From Candidatus Eiseniibacteriota bacterium (GTDB taxonomy: Bacteria > Eisenbacteria > RBG-16-71-46 > CAIMUX01 > VGJL01), in assembly GCA_963792585.1 (NCBI GenBank), contig CAWBWI010000006.1, positions 896,001 through 960,000 of the forward strand: a stretch of 64,000 nt of DNA. The letters are read 5' to 3'. Shown here piece by piece: positions 40,055 through 48,617 of the stretch. A model generated the notes under the pieces. It searched no databases and had not been told where the DNA came from. It saw only the letters and a program-made list of their open reading frames with translations. Both the position numbers and the translations under genes were made by a program. Every line of letters begins with the position of its first letter. Position 1 is the first letter of the stretch.

Positions 40055-40181
40055 AGCACGGCAGCCCTGGGTGCCACAAGCTCTTTCCCCGCAACCTCGG
40101 GATGGGTCAGAAACGCGAGCACGATCATGGGCACACGCTGCGTCGTCGTCGAGGAGCGGGGACAGGCGAGCGCATCCAGGT
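40055..40181 (-). mobile_element. IS91/ISCR-like transposase C-terminal remnant, copy 2 (frameshifted)
   Basis: Aligns by eye with 33003-33128; reads LDALACPRSSTTTQRVPMIVLAFLTHPEV. Confidence 0.65.
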
Positions 40182-40225
40182 ACCGGTGGCGGTGCGCCTG
40201 ATCCGGATCCCTTAGCTTCGATCCG

Positions 40226-42268
40226 CTATTTCAAACGCGTGATCGGCACGGACTGGATCTTCCCGTTCGTTCGCAGCCGCGCAAGGTAGATTCCCGAGGA
40301 CACGGCCTGTCCGTATGCGTCACGCCCGTCCCAGCCGATCGAGTAGGTCCCGGCATCCATGACCACACCGGGGACCAACGTCCGTAGCACCCGACCGCCG
40401 ACGTCGTAGAGCCGGACCTCCACGTGCGATCGGGTCGGGAGGGAATATCGGATCCGTGTCTCCCGGGCGAACGGATTCGGCAGCGCTTCGAACACTGCCC
40501 GCGCCGGGCCGGCCGTTTCGGCGCTCGCGGTCACGTCGTCGGGCAGCAAGGCCAGGCTGTGATCCCCACCCCCGGCGATCAGAACGAATCCCGTGTTCGG
40601 CGACGGGACGTCGCGCTGGCCATCGTAGTTGGCGCCCCACACCACGACGGATCCGTCGGTCCGAAGACCGAGGCTGTGGTACCCGCCGCCGGCGACCGCA
40701 GCGAAACCGGTATTGGGCGCCGGCACGTCGCACTGTCCGTAGGAGTTGTATCCCCAGGCCACGATCGAGCCATCGTTCCGGAGGGCGAGACTGTGAAATC
40801 CGTTCGCGGCGACGGCCACGAAGTTCTCGTTGGGCACGGGCTCGATCGACTGCCCGACATCCGCCCACCCCGTCTCCCCGGGCTCTCCGGCTCCCCAGGC
40901 GGCGACAGTGCCGTCATTCTTCAACCCAACGCAGTGGTAGCCGCCCGCCGCGATCGCGACGAAGTTGGCGTTCGGCGCGGGGACGAAGCACTGTCCCATG
41001 TCGTTGTGGCCCCAAGCGATGACGGTACCGTTGGACTTGAGCCCCGCGCTGTGGAAACCGCCGGCCGCGACCGCGATGAAGTCGACGTTCGGCGGCGGCA
41101 CATCGCACTGCCCATCCTCGTTGGCGCCCCATGCCACGATCGTGCCGTCCTCCTTCAGGCCTAGGCTGTGGAACGCCCCGGCCGAGGCCCCCGCGAAGTC
41201 GGAGTTCGGCTCCGGCACATCGCTCTGGCCATTGTCATCAGATCCCCACGCAACCATGACCCCGTCGGCCTTCACGCCGAGGTTGTGCGCCCCGCCCCCC
41301 GCGAGCGCCACGAAGTTCGAGTTCGGCTCGGGAACGTTGCGCTGGCCGTAATGGTTCCCCCCCCAAGTCACTGGGATCCCGTCCGCCCGGATCGCGAGCG
41401 AGTGGGCGTAGCCGCAGGCCAGGTCGACGAATCCCGTGTTCTGGGCCGGCACGTCGCACTGACCATAGTAGTTGGCCCCCCAGGCCACGACGGAGCCGTC
41501 AGCTTTCAGCCCCAAGCTGTGGCCCCATGCCGCCGCGACGGCCACGAAATCCTGGTTCGGCGACGGAACGTTGCATTGATGCTCGAAGTTGTCCCCCCAG
41601 GCGGCGATCGAACCGTCGGCCCTCAGGCCCAGAGTGTGGTAGCCGCCCGCGGCGATCGCGACGAAGTTGGCGTTGGGCGGCGGTGGGTTGCACTGTCCGT
41701 TGTTGTTGAACCCCCACGCCACGATCGAGCCATCGGCCTTCAGTCCGACGCTGTGGTAGCCGCCGGCGGCGATCGCGACGAAGTTCGTGTTCGGAGGTGG
41801 CACGATGCACTCGCCATAGAGGTTCCATCCGGAGGCGACGATGGAACCGTTGGCCTTGAGAGCTAGGCTGTGGTACCAGCCCGCCGCGACCGCGACGAAA
41901 TCCCCGTTGGGGCCCGGGAGATCGCACTGGCCGAACTCGTTGTATCCCCACGCGACGATCGATCCATCCTCCGACAGGCCCAGACTGTGGTACCAGCCGG
42001 CTGCGATCGCCTCGAAGCCCGCATTCGGGCCCGGGATGTCGCACTGGTCGAAGTCGTTTCTGCCCCAGGCCAGCAAGGAGCCGTCCGCTTTCAGGGCCAG
42101 GGTGTGATACCCCCCCGCTTCCACCGCCACGAGGCCCGTCAGCTTCTCGTCGGCCACGACGACCTGGCTCCCCCAACCGACGATCGACCCGGCTTCCTGG
42201 GCCCGGGACGATGTTCCGGATGAAGCTGACAGGACGGCTGCGAGAAGTAAGATCCTGGAATAGTTCAT
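40226..42268 (-). CDS. Secreted RCC1/BLIP-II-repeat protein (14 repeats) with a C-terminal FlgD/T9SS-like domain
   Basis: GGAGGAG SD, signal peptide and 14 units of AGxxHSLxLxxDGSxVAWGxNxxGQCxVP; C-terminal PNPF...DVGGR...WDGRD..G..VSSGIY. Confidence 0.9.
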   Translation of the reverse strand: MNYSRILLLAAVLSASSGTSSRAQEAGSIVGWGSQVVVADEKLTGLVAVEAGGYHTLALKADGSLLAWGRNDFDQCDIPGPNAGFEAIAAGWYHSLGLSEDGSIVAWGYNEFGQCDLPGPNGDFVAVAAGWYHSLALKANGSIVASGWNLYGECIVPPPNTNFVAIAAGGYHSVGLKADGSIVAWGFNNNGQCNPPPPNANFVAIAAGGYHTLGLRADGSIAAWGDNFEHQCNVPSPNQDFVAVAAAWGHSLGLKADGSVVAWGANYYGQCDVPAQNTGFVDLACGYAHSLAIRADGIPVTWGGNHYGQRNVPEPNSNFVALAGGGAHNLGVKADGVMVAWGSDDNGQSDVPEPNSDFAGASAGAFHSLGLKEDGTIVAWGANEDGQCDVPPPNVDFIAVAAGGFHSAGLKSNGTVIAWGHNDMGQCFVPAPNANFVAIAAGGYHCVGLKNDGTVAAWGAGEPGETGWADVGQSIEPVPNENFVAVAANGFHSLALRNDGSIVAWGYNSYGQCDVPAPNTGFAAVAGGGYHSLGLRTDGSVVVWGANYDGQRDVPSPNTGFVLIAGGGDHSLALLPDDVTASAETAGPARAVFEALPNPFARETRIRYSLPTRSHVEVRLYDVGGRVLRTLVPGVVMDAGTYSIGWDGRDAYGQAVSSGIYLARLRTNGKIQSVPITRLK

Positions 42269-42519
42269 CGTCCTCTCCTCCGTTGTGTGCGCGGCCGATT
42301 CCCTCTCGCCGGCGCGCGCCAGCGAGTTCACTCCGCGGCCATCGAGCAGTCCGAGCAGCCGTTCGTCGGCTCCCCGGAACGCCGGGTCGCCGAATCATAC
42401 CGAGGCGGGCGAACGGGACAGGATGAAGGCGAGGGGCGGTCGTCCCCAGGAGTCGGCCAGTGCGCGGGACTCGTATAGCCCACGCACTGGCCTGGTTGTT
42501 GTGCCCCTCTTTTCATGGT

Positions 42520-42933
42520 CTACCGATAGACAGCCTTGATGTGGCCCCAGGTTGTCTGGCTGTCAGGCGTCAGTTCTTCGACGGTGATGGTCCCCACCAT
42601 GCCGAACATACAGTGGTGCGTGCAGTAGTACTGGAAGACTCCGGCGGTGCCGAAGCCCAGGGTGAAGCTCGCTCCCGGCACGACATCTCCCGAGTCCCAC
42701 AGGCCATCCGGCGTGCAATCGGGTGGACCGCTGGTGGATGTGTGGTTGTCCTCGTCCGCGTTCGTCCAGGTGATCGAGTCTCCCACCGCGATGGTCAGGA
42801 TGTCAGGATGGAACAGATCATCACTACCCATCGTCACCTGCCATGTCGAGGCCTGGGCTGCGGTGCCCATGGAGATGAGTAGAAGGAGGGAGGCCAGAAG
42901 CACCTGTATGAAATCCAGTCGTCCAGTTTTCAT
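42520..42933 (-). CDS. Plastocyanin/azurin-family blue copper protein ending in TTWGHIKAVYR
   Basis: Signal peptide; type-1 Cu ligands in HTSTS and YYCTHHCMFGM; TWG tail. Confidence 0.85.
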   Translation of the reverse strand: MKTGRLDFIQVLLASLLLLISMGTAAQASTWQVTMGSDDLFHPDILTIAVGDSITWTNADEDNHTSTSGPPDCTPDGLWDSGDVVPGASFTLGFGTAGVFQYYCTHHCMFGMVGTITVEELTPDSQTTWGHIKAVYR

Positions 42934-43481
42934 CTGTGCTGTCTCCTGATGACGGGAATGTTGCAACCACCGGATCGGTCCCGTCCACGAGCCGGCTGCG
43001 ATCGGCCGCACGGGTGCGGCAGAGCTTCTACCATCAGAAGTCGCGAAACCCCTGGACCGATACCAGGATTATCGGAAGTTGATCATTGTCGTGGACAAAA
43101 CGAGCTCCCTCACCGCAATATGGGACCGGCTTCCGAGGGGAACCGTGAAGATCGACACAAGTTGGGCGGATCGTCTTGTAACACCGTTGCCGGGGGTACC
43201 CCAGAGAATCCTCCGGTAGTACCACGCGCATGGGAGGCGGCGCTGCCTCGGTGGCCGTGACGTGCCGCGCTGACCATATCGATCTATCCGGCGGAATCTG
43301 ACCCAGGGGGTGATGGTTTTCGACAGCGGCGCGACGTGTCATGCGCCGAAAGGAAGTGGCGGGGCTTCGTCCCGTTGGCTGAATGCGGTAGACTCAAGCT
43401 GCAAGGGGCGAGCTGCTTCGGAGATGAAGTCCTTTCGGCAGGCCGCGCCGGTGTGTCGGACCCCCGACCGTCGCAGACCCG

Positions 43482-44243
43482 ATGCACCAGGAGTCGAGGA
43501 GAGAAATCCCCCTGAAGAGATTCCTCATCGCCGCCGCAGTCGCATGCTCCATCTTTCCCAGCGATCTTCCTGCGCAACCTCGCGAGGGGAAGATCCTCTA
43601 TGTCCAACCGATGGGACGCGGGGTTGCCCCGGGTGACGTAGAATATGTTCGTGAGACGCTGGAGCGTTTCTACGACATGACCGTCATCTCGCTCATGCCC
43701 GTCGAGTTGCCGGGCAATGCCTATTACAGTCCGCGAAATCGATATCGCGCCGAACGCCTCCTTGCGTATCTGAAGGACCATCAACCGACTGACTGCTTCC
43801 GGATTCTGGGTCTTACGGACCGAGACATTTCGACGACCCACGGCGATGTCTTGGACTGGGGCGTCATCGGCCTCGCGATGCTCGGCGGACCGAGCAGTAT
43901 CGTCTCATCGGCGCGGTGTGGAAATCCCGCCTCCGGCGCGACCCGGCGACGCGACCGTCTCGCTAAGGCGGCCGTGCACGAGGTCGGCCACAACCTGGGT
44001 CTATCGCACTGCACGGCTCCAGGCTGCCTCATGAACGACGCGAAGGGGCACGCCTTCACCGTGGATCGCGGGTACGACTTCTGCCCGCAATGCAGGGCGA
44101 TCCTGGACGGGGCGGGGACTGTCCTGAACGCCGATCTCCAGATACCCTGGACCTGGCATGCGGACATGATCCCACAACCCCGCCTCGAATCGCTGACTGC
44201 ATCCGATGGGAGCGTTGACTCCACCTGTGCGGACCGCGATTAG
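43482..44243 (+). CDS. Archaemetzincin-family (M54) Zn metalloprotease
   Basis: AVHEVGHNLGLSHC...CLM...FCPQC motif; start codon uncertain. Confidence 0.85.
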   Translation: MHQESRREIPLKRFLIAAAVACSIFPSDLPAQPREGKILYVQPMGRGVAPGDVEYVRETLERFYDMTVISLMPVELPGNAYYSPRNRYRAERLLAYLKDHQPTDCFRILGLTDRDISTTHGDVLDWGVIGLAMLGGPSSIVSSARCGNPASGATRRRDRLAKAAVHEVGHNLGLSHCTAPGCLMNDAKGHAFTVDRGYDFCPQCRAILDGAGTVLNADLQIPWTWHADMIPQPRLESLTASDGSVDSTCADRD

Positions 44244-44273
44244 CGAGACGCACTATGGGCGTCGACTCCCACA

Positions 44274-44849
44274 CTAACCCCGATTGGCGAGACGGATCAC
44301 GAGCCCCGACCCGAACAGGAACACACCCGCCACGAACATGTAGGGAAGTGTACTTGCCGTAGCCGGGAGTTGGTCGGATGACGCGGCGACGTCCGTCGTC
44401 GCTCCTTCTTGACCCGTCGCCGATCCTTCAGCGAACTCCGTAGGCGCGCCGGCCGCATACGATTCGCGGCTACCGCCGTTCAGGACCGCAAGGAGTCCGA
44501 GAGTCTCGACGTTCTTCGCCACATCCGTATCTTGATCGAGCGCGCCGTATTCTACGCGGACCCGATCGCCCGGGATCATAGCCGCGCCGTAGCCTCGATG
44601 CTGGTCGAGCGCGAAATCCATCGTACGTCCGTCCGGCGCGCGAACGACAAGCTCCTCCCCCGAGGAACTCACGACGGTCCCCGTAGTGTAGGAGGAAGGG
44701 CCTTCGGGAACGACGACAGCAGCGGGCGGAATACCCGAGTTCGCGGTCTGCGGATCATCGATCGGATCCGCTCGGCTGATCGAAGTACCCGCCATCCAGA
44801 TCGCCAGAAGCGCGGCCGGGAATGCCAATGTCCACCTGAGCGTGTGCAT
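44274..44849 (-). CDS. Secreted OB-fold-like protein with a C-terminal LPxTA sorting-type signal
   Basis: AAGGAG SD, signal peptide and C-terminal QLPATAS followed by a hydrophobic segment and RLANRG. Confidence 0.7.
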   Translation of the reverse strand: MHTLRWTLAFPAALLAIWMAGTSISRADPIDDPQTANSGIPPAAVVVPEGPSSYTTGTVVSSSGEELVVRAPDGRTMDFALDQHRGYGAAMIPGDRVRVEYGALDQDTDVAKNVETLGLLAVLNGGSRESYAAGAPTEFAEGSATGQEGATTDVAASSDQLPATASTLPYMFVAGVFLFGSGLVIRLANRG

Positions 44850-44927
44850 GATGTTTCTCCTTGCGCTTCACGCGACGTGAAGCGGTTCACGTAAATCGCC
44901 CCCTCCTGATCATCGACCCGATGAAAG

Positions 44928-44942
44928 GCATACTTCGTGCCG
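44928..44942 (-). promoter_or_regulatory. Putative sigma-54 promoter of the LPxTA protein gene
   Basis: Minus strand CGGCACGAAGTATGC is GG-N10-GC, about 80 nt upstream of ATG 44849. Confidence 0.5.
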
Positions 44943-45273
44943 TCGATCTGGAATTCGTATGCGACGGGTGTAGCTGCCTTTCATTGCTGCTGGATGCGTT
45001 CACGATCCGAGGGCCCTGCGCGAGGTCTGGCGATCGAGCGGAGTCTGTAGATTCTACTCGCCTTCGTCAGCTCTACACGGGCCCGGTGCCAGCCGCGGGA
45101 CGAATGCGATCTGGTCAGTCGCTTTCCGGCAGTAACGAGGATGGAGTCACCCAACCATGGGTTCGCCGTCCATTGATGCCCTCCTTGCGAAGAACGGAGC
45201 TTGGCTCACACCGAGGATCGACGCGTTCGCGCCGCATCGCGCTAAAGCACGTGAAACGTGGTGACGAAAAGGA

Positions 45274-45696
45274 CTACCGGTAGATCCCCTTCACGGCGAC
45301 CCGGCTGGTGCTCCTCGTCGGCACCACGCCGCATTCGAACTCCTGGCTGGCGTCGAACTCAACGAAGCCGTCGAAGATCCAATCCGGGTAGGAAGAACAG
45401 ATGCTCCGGAACATCGAGAGACAATCCGGGATAGCGCCGGCAGCGAGCCGTCCGAGCTGCGGAGGATATGTATGGTCGCCGGCTTGCGCGACGAACCAGT
45501 ACCGGACAGATGCCGCCACGGGAAACGAGACACCGCCCTCGTAGACGAAGATCGGGTAGTACCCCCCTGGCAATAGCCGAATGAGAGTCGTCCTCCCCGA
45601 CTGCCGGGGACCGGTCAGAACCACGTTCGGGAAATGGCGGGCGGCCTGCTGCAGTACAGGAGTGAGGGTGCGCGTCAAGTATGTTGCCGCAGCCAT
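45274..45696 (-). pseudogene. Chimeric relic: N-terminus of an AAA_14-type ATPase joined to the 3' half of a paralog of 31640-32347
   Basis: YLTRTL...VVLTGPRQSGRTTL is joined at about 45575 to YPIFVYEG...VKGIYR. The Walker A Lys is changed to Arg and the TWG Trp to Arg. Confidence 0.75.
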
Positions 45697-45774
45697 GCAC
45701 GAATCGTGACGTCTCCAGAATGCGGTGTCAGGCAAATTGGGAATTCGATTCCTATTCTGCACAGAACATTCGAC

Positions 45775-45965
45775 CCGGGCTTGCCCTTGGCAACCAAGCG
45801 GCGGCGTTGTTCGTCCGTGATCCGCGAGGATTGGCCGCGAGCTTCAGGCTGTTCCTTCAAGACCCGGTTCTCTTCGATCAGATGGGTGATGACCTCCGCT
45901 TGCTGTCGGCTGACCCAAGCCGCGGACGCGGCCAGCAGGAGTTGGAGATGGATTGTATCCACCAC
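45775..45965 (-). mobile_element. N-terminal remnant of an integrase-core-domain transposase
   Basis: Reads LQLLLAASAAWVSRQQAEVITHLIEENRVLKEQ...ITDEQRRRLVAKGK, then breaks off. Confidence 0.6.
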
Positions 45966-46033
45966 TAGGTGAGCACTCCCCCGGGTTCGCTGCGCGGCGT
46001 TGAAGCGCGCGACGCGGGACACGTGGACGGCGG

Positions 46034-46387
46034 TCAGCGAACGACCAGCCACACCCCCACGAGAATGATCCCGATCCCCGCGTACTGAAGCGGCGTCAGC
46101 CGCTCGCCGAACAGGAACCACCCGAAGATCAGGATCACGAGATAACCCAGACTCACCATCAGCGGGTAGGCCATGCTGATCTTGAGAGTCTTCAGGGCCA
46201 TCGAGTAGCAGGCGAGGTTCGCGGCGAAGCAGAAGAGACCGAGCAGATACGACCAGCTCAGGAACGGCGCCAGCGCCCCGTGCACCGGCAGGATCGGCTG
46301 CACGTTGCGCGTCATCGAGTACTTGATGAGGACATTGGCCAGTGCGTTGAGCGTGAGCGCCAGGCCGAGGAAGAGGTATGCGGGCAC
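46034..46387 (-). CDS. SMR/DMT-family small multidrug-type transporter
   Basis: 117 aa with four TM helices; ISMAYPL, FGERLT and GIGIILVGV motifs. Confidence 0.85.
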   Translation of the reverse strand: MPAYLFLGLALTLNALANVLIKYSMTRNVQPILPVHGALAPFLSWSYLLGLFCFAANLACYSMALKTLKISMAYPLMVSLGYLVILIFGWFLFGERLTPLQYAGIGIILVGVWLVVR

Positions 46388-46397
46388 CGCGCGTCGT

Positions 46398-47048
46398 CTA
46401 CGGCCGCTTCGGGCCGCCCTCCTCGAAGAGGCCGAGCTGCTCGGGACCGAGCGGCAGGGAGGCCATCACCTGATCGATCCAGGCGTCCCGCGACCAGGCC
46501 GGCAGTCGCACGCAGTCGACCCGGAAGTCCTTCAGAAGAGACTCGATCACCTGGTCGATCTCCAGCTGGTAGTCGGTCGCGGTGTCGCGGACCCCATCGA
46601 AACGCGGCTTGGTGATGATCGGAACCTTGATCAGGGCGGCGTAGGTCGGGAGCCAGGCCGCCATCAGCTCGTCGAAAACGCGGTTGCGCCCGAACTTCTG
46701 GACCAGATAGGCATAGTTGTCAATGACGGCTCGATCACAGACGATGACGTCATGGCGCGCGGCGGCGGCGATCTCATCGGCGATCTGGGTGTGGAGGATC
46801 CACGACTGGGCCTCCACCGTCGTGTCCCGGTTCAGAGGAAGCGGACAAGCGCGGGCGACCTCCTTTACCATGTCGACACGGAGGTCGCGGCGCTTCAGCC
46901 GGGCGGCCAGCTCGAAGCAGAGGGTCGTCTTGCCGACACCGTGCGAGCCGACAAAGGCGACCTTCAGCCCGAGGGGCTCGGTAGGTGGATCCTGTCTTCC
47001 TTCGATGATCACGCGCGCGAGCCTACCATGCCCTCGGGCAAGCGGCAA
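46398..47048 (-). CDS. AAA_28 (NadR-like) nucleotide-kinase-type ATPase
   Basis: VGSHGVGKTT, EVAR and CDRAVIDNYAY motifs; start uncertain. Confidence 0.8.
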   Translation of the reverse strand: MPLARGHGRLARVIIEGRQDPPTEPLGLKVAFVGSHGVGKTTLCFELAARLKRRDLRVDMVKEVARACPLPLNRDTTVEAQSWILHTQIADEIAAAARHDVIVCDRAVIDNYAYLVQKFGRNRVFDELMAAWLPTYAALIKVPIITKPRFDGVRDTATDYQLEIDQVIESLLKDFRVDCVRLPAWSRDAWIDQVMASLPLGPEQLGLFEEGGPKRP

Positions 47049-47122
47049 CGCCGGCTACGAAACCGGCGGCGGAGTTGGGCGCGAGAACGCGCCCGGAACA
47101 TGCGACCCGCGCGGAGGTCCCC

Positions 47123-47968
47123 ATGACCCGCATCCGTATCGGCGAAGCGGACTACGTCATCGCCGACGAGCAGTGGGAAGAGTACGTGCGAATGGGTCGG
47201 ATCCCGCCGAGTGCCTGGATCCTCTCGCCCGTCTGGACACAAGGAGTTTGGCGGCTCGCCGATTCGATGGAGGTCTACCACCTCTTCATACCATCGCGTT
47301 CCCTCCTGCGCGCGCGCCCCGGGCCGAGCGTGCTGGACGTGATCTTCCCGCGCCGCGGACTCTCGATGACCGAGACCCTGATCCTCGTCAACCTGATCAT
47401 CACCGCCGCGCTCTATCTGGTCTGGCGCGACGACTACTCCGCGAGGCTCTGGTGGCTCGCGCAGTTCCTCCGCAGGTTCGTGGGCGACGGTCGAAACTTC
47501 TGGGCGGCCGGGCTCGCGGTATTCCTCCACGCCACGCCGCAGCATGTCTTCATGAACATGGTCGCGCTGGCCGCCGCGGGAAGCGTCGTGGAGTACTTCT
47601 ACGGCAAGTGGAAGATGTTCGTGAGCTACATCATCGCGGGTTACGGCGGGGCTGCCCTCTCCATCGCGTTACGCGACAAGCCGCTTCTTTCCGTCGGCGC
47701 TTCCGGGGCCGTCTTCGGGCTCTACGGGCTCGTCCTGCTCTTCGTGCTGGGCAATCTTCGACGATTCACCCCGCAGCAACGGTGGAAGTCGGTTCGCGTC
47801 TATCTGCCGATCCTGTTGCTGGCGATCGTCCCCTCGCTCGCCGGGGAACGGGTCGACTTCTATGCGCACCTGGGCGGCTTCCTGACCGGTTGCTTGATCG
47901 GGCTCTTCCTTCCGCCCGGGCCGAGGATCGAGTCGATCGTCGCTCCCCGGGAGGAGCGCGTGGCATGA
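47123..47968 (+). CDS. Rhomboid intramembrane serine protease
   Basis: FLH..QHVFMNM, VGASGAVFG and AHLGG motifs; GGAGGT SD. Confidence 0.9.
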   Translation: MTRIRIGEADYVIADEQWEEYVRMGRIPPSAWILSPVWTQGVWRLADSMEVYHLFIPSRSLLRARPGPSVLDVIFPRRGLSMTETLILVNLIITAALYLVWRDDYSARLWWLAQFLRRFVGDGRNFWAAGLAVFLHATPQHVFMNMVALAAAGSVVEYFYGKWKMFVSYIIAGYGGAALSIALRDKPLLSVGASGAVFGLYGLVLLFVLGNLRRFTPQQRWKSVRVYLPILLLAIVPSLAGERVDFYAHLGGFLTGCLIGLFLPPGPRIESIVAPREERVA

Positions 47969-48573
47969 CCCGCCCCCGATCCAGCGATCGCAGCCTGTTC
48001 CGATTCTGTCCTCACTGCGCCGCCCTCATGAGGTGGATGGAGCCCCATGGCGTCCCACGCCCGGTTTGCCCGGGATGCGGATGGACCCAGTTCCGCAATC
48101 CCGTCGTGGGCGTCGCGGCGGTGATCGACGAGGAAGCCGTCACGGCCCTCCTGGGCGCCGCGGCGGTCCACGCGGCGACGGGAGACGCCCCGGCCCCGGC
48201 AGAACGCCGCGTGCTTCTCGCGCGGCGCGCCGCTTCCTACCGTGGCCTCTTCTGCCTTCCGTGCGGTTACGTCGAATACGACGAAGATATCCGCGAAGCG
48301 CTCGTCCGGGAGACGGAGGAGGAAACCGGTCTCGCCGTCACGCCGGGCGAGATCGTCGCGGTCCATTCGAATTTCCACGATCCGGACCGGCAGAGCGTGG
48401 GGATCTGGTTCCGTGCCATCCCGGTTGGAGGGACGCTCCGACCCGGAGACGATGTCGACAAGCTTCGCTTCGTTTCCTCCGGCGCCCCGGGAGTCCCCCT
48501 GGCCTTTCCCACCGACGCGGAGGTCCTCGCCTTGCTGGCCAAGGATGGCGGGTCTCCGCGCGAGACTGCGTGA
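47965..48573 (+). CDS. NUDIX hydrolase with an N-terminal zinc ribbon
   Basis: FCPHC..CPGC and LPCGYVEYDEDIREALVRETEEETGL motifs; ATGA overlap. Confidence 0.88.
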   Translation: MTRPRSSDRSLFRFCPHCAALMRWMEPHGVPRPVCPGCGWTQFRNPVVGVAAVIDEEAVTALLGAAAVHAATGDAPAPAERRVLLARRAASYRGLFCLPCGYVEYDEDIREALVRETEEETGLAVTPGEIVAVHSNFHDPDRQSVGIWFRAIPVGGTLRPGDDVDKLRFVSSGAPGVPLAFPTDAEVLALLAKDGGSPRETA

Positions 48574-48617
48574 ATCGGTTCTCCTGAAGAGGCGCGGAAT
48601 CGGCTATTCTTGAGTCG

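Noticed and set aside
33700..42200. Periodic DNA repeats as a CRISPR array
   Set aside because: They are degenerate in-frame LVIVD and RCC1 protein repeats, with no identical repeat-spacer structure and no cas genes.
31632..45575. Paralogous 3' segments as a DGR template/variable repeat pair
   Set aside because: The mismatches are not adenine-specific, many are synonymous, and there is no reverse transcriptase in the window.
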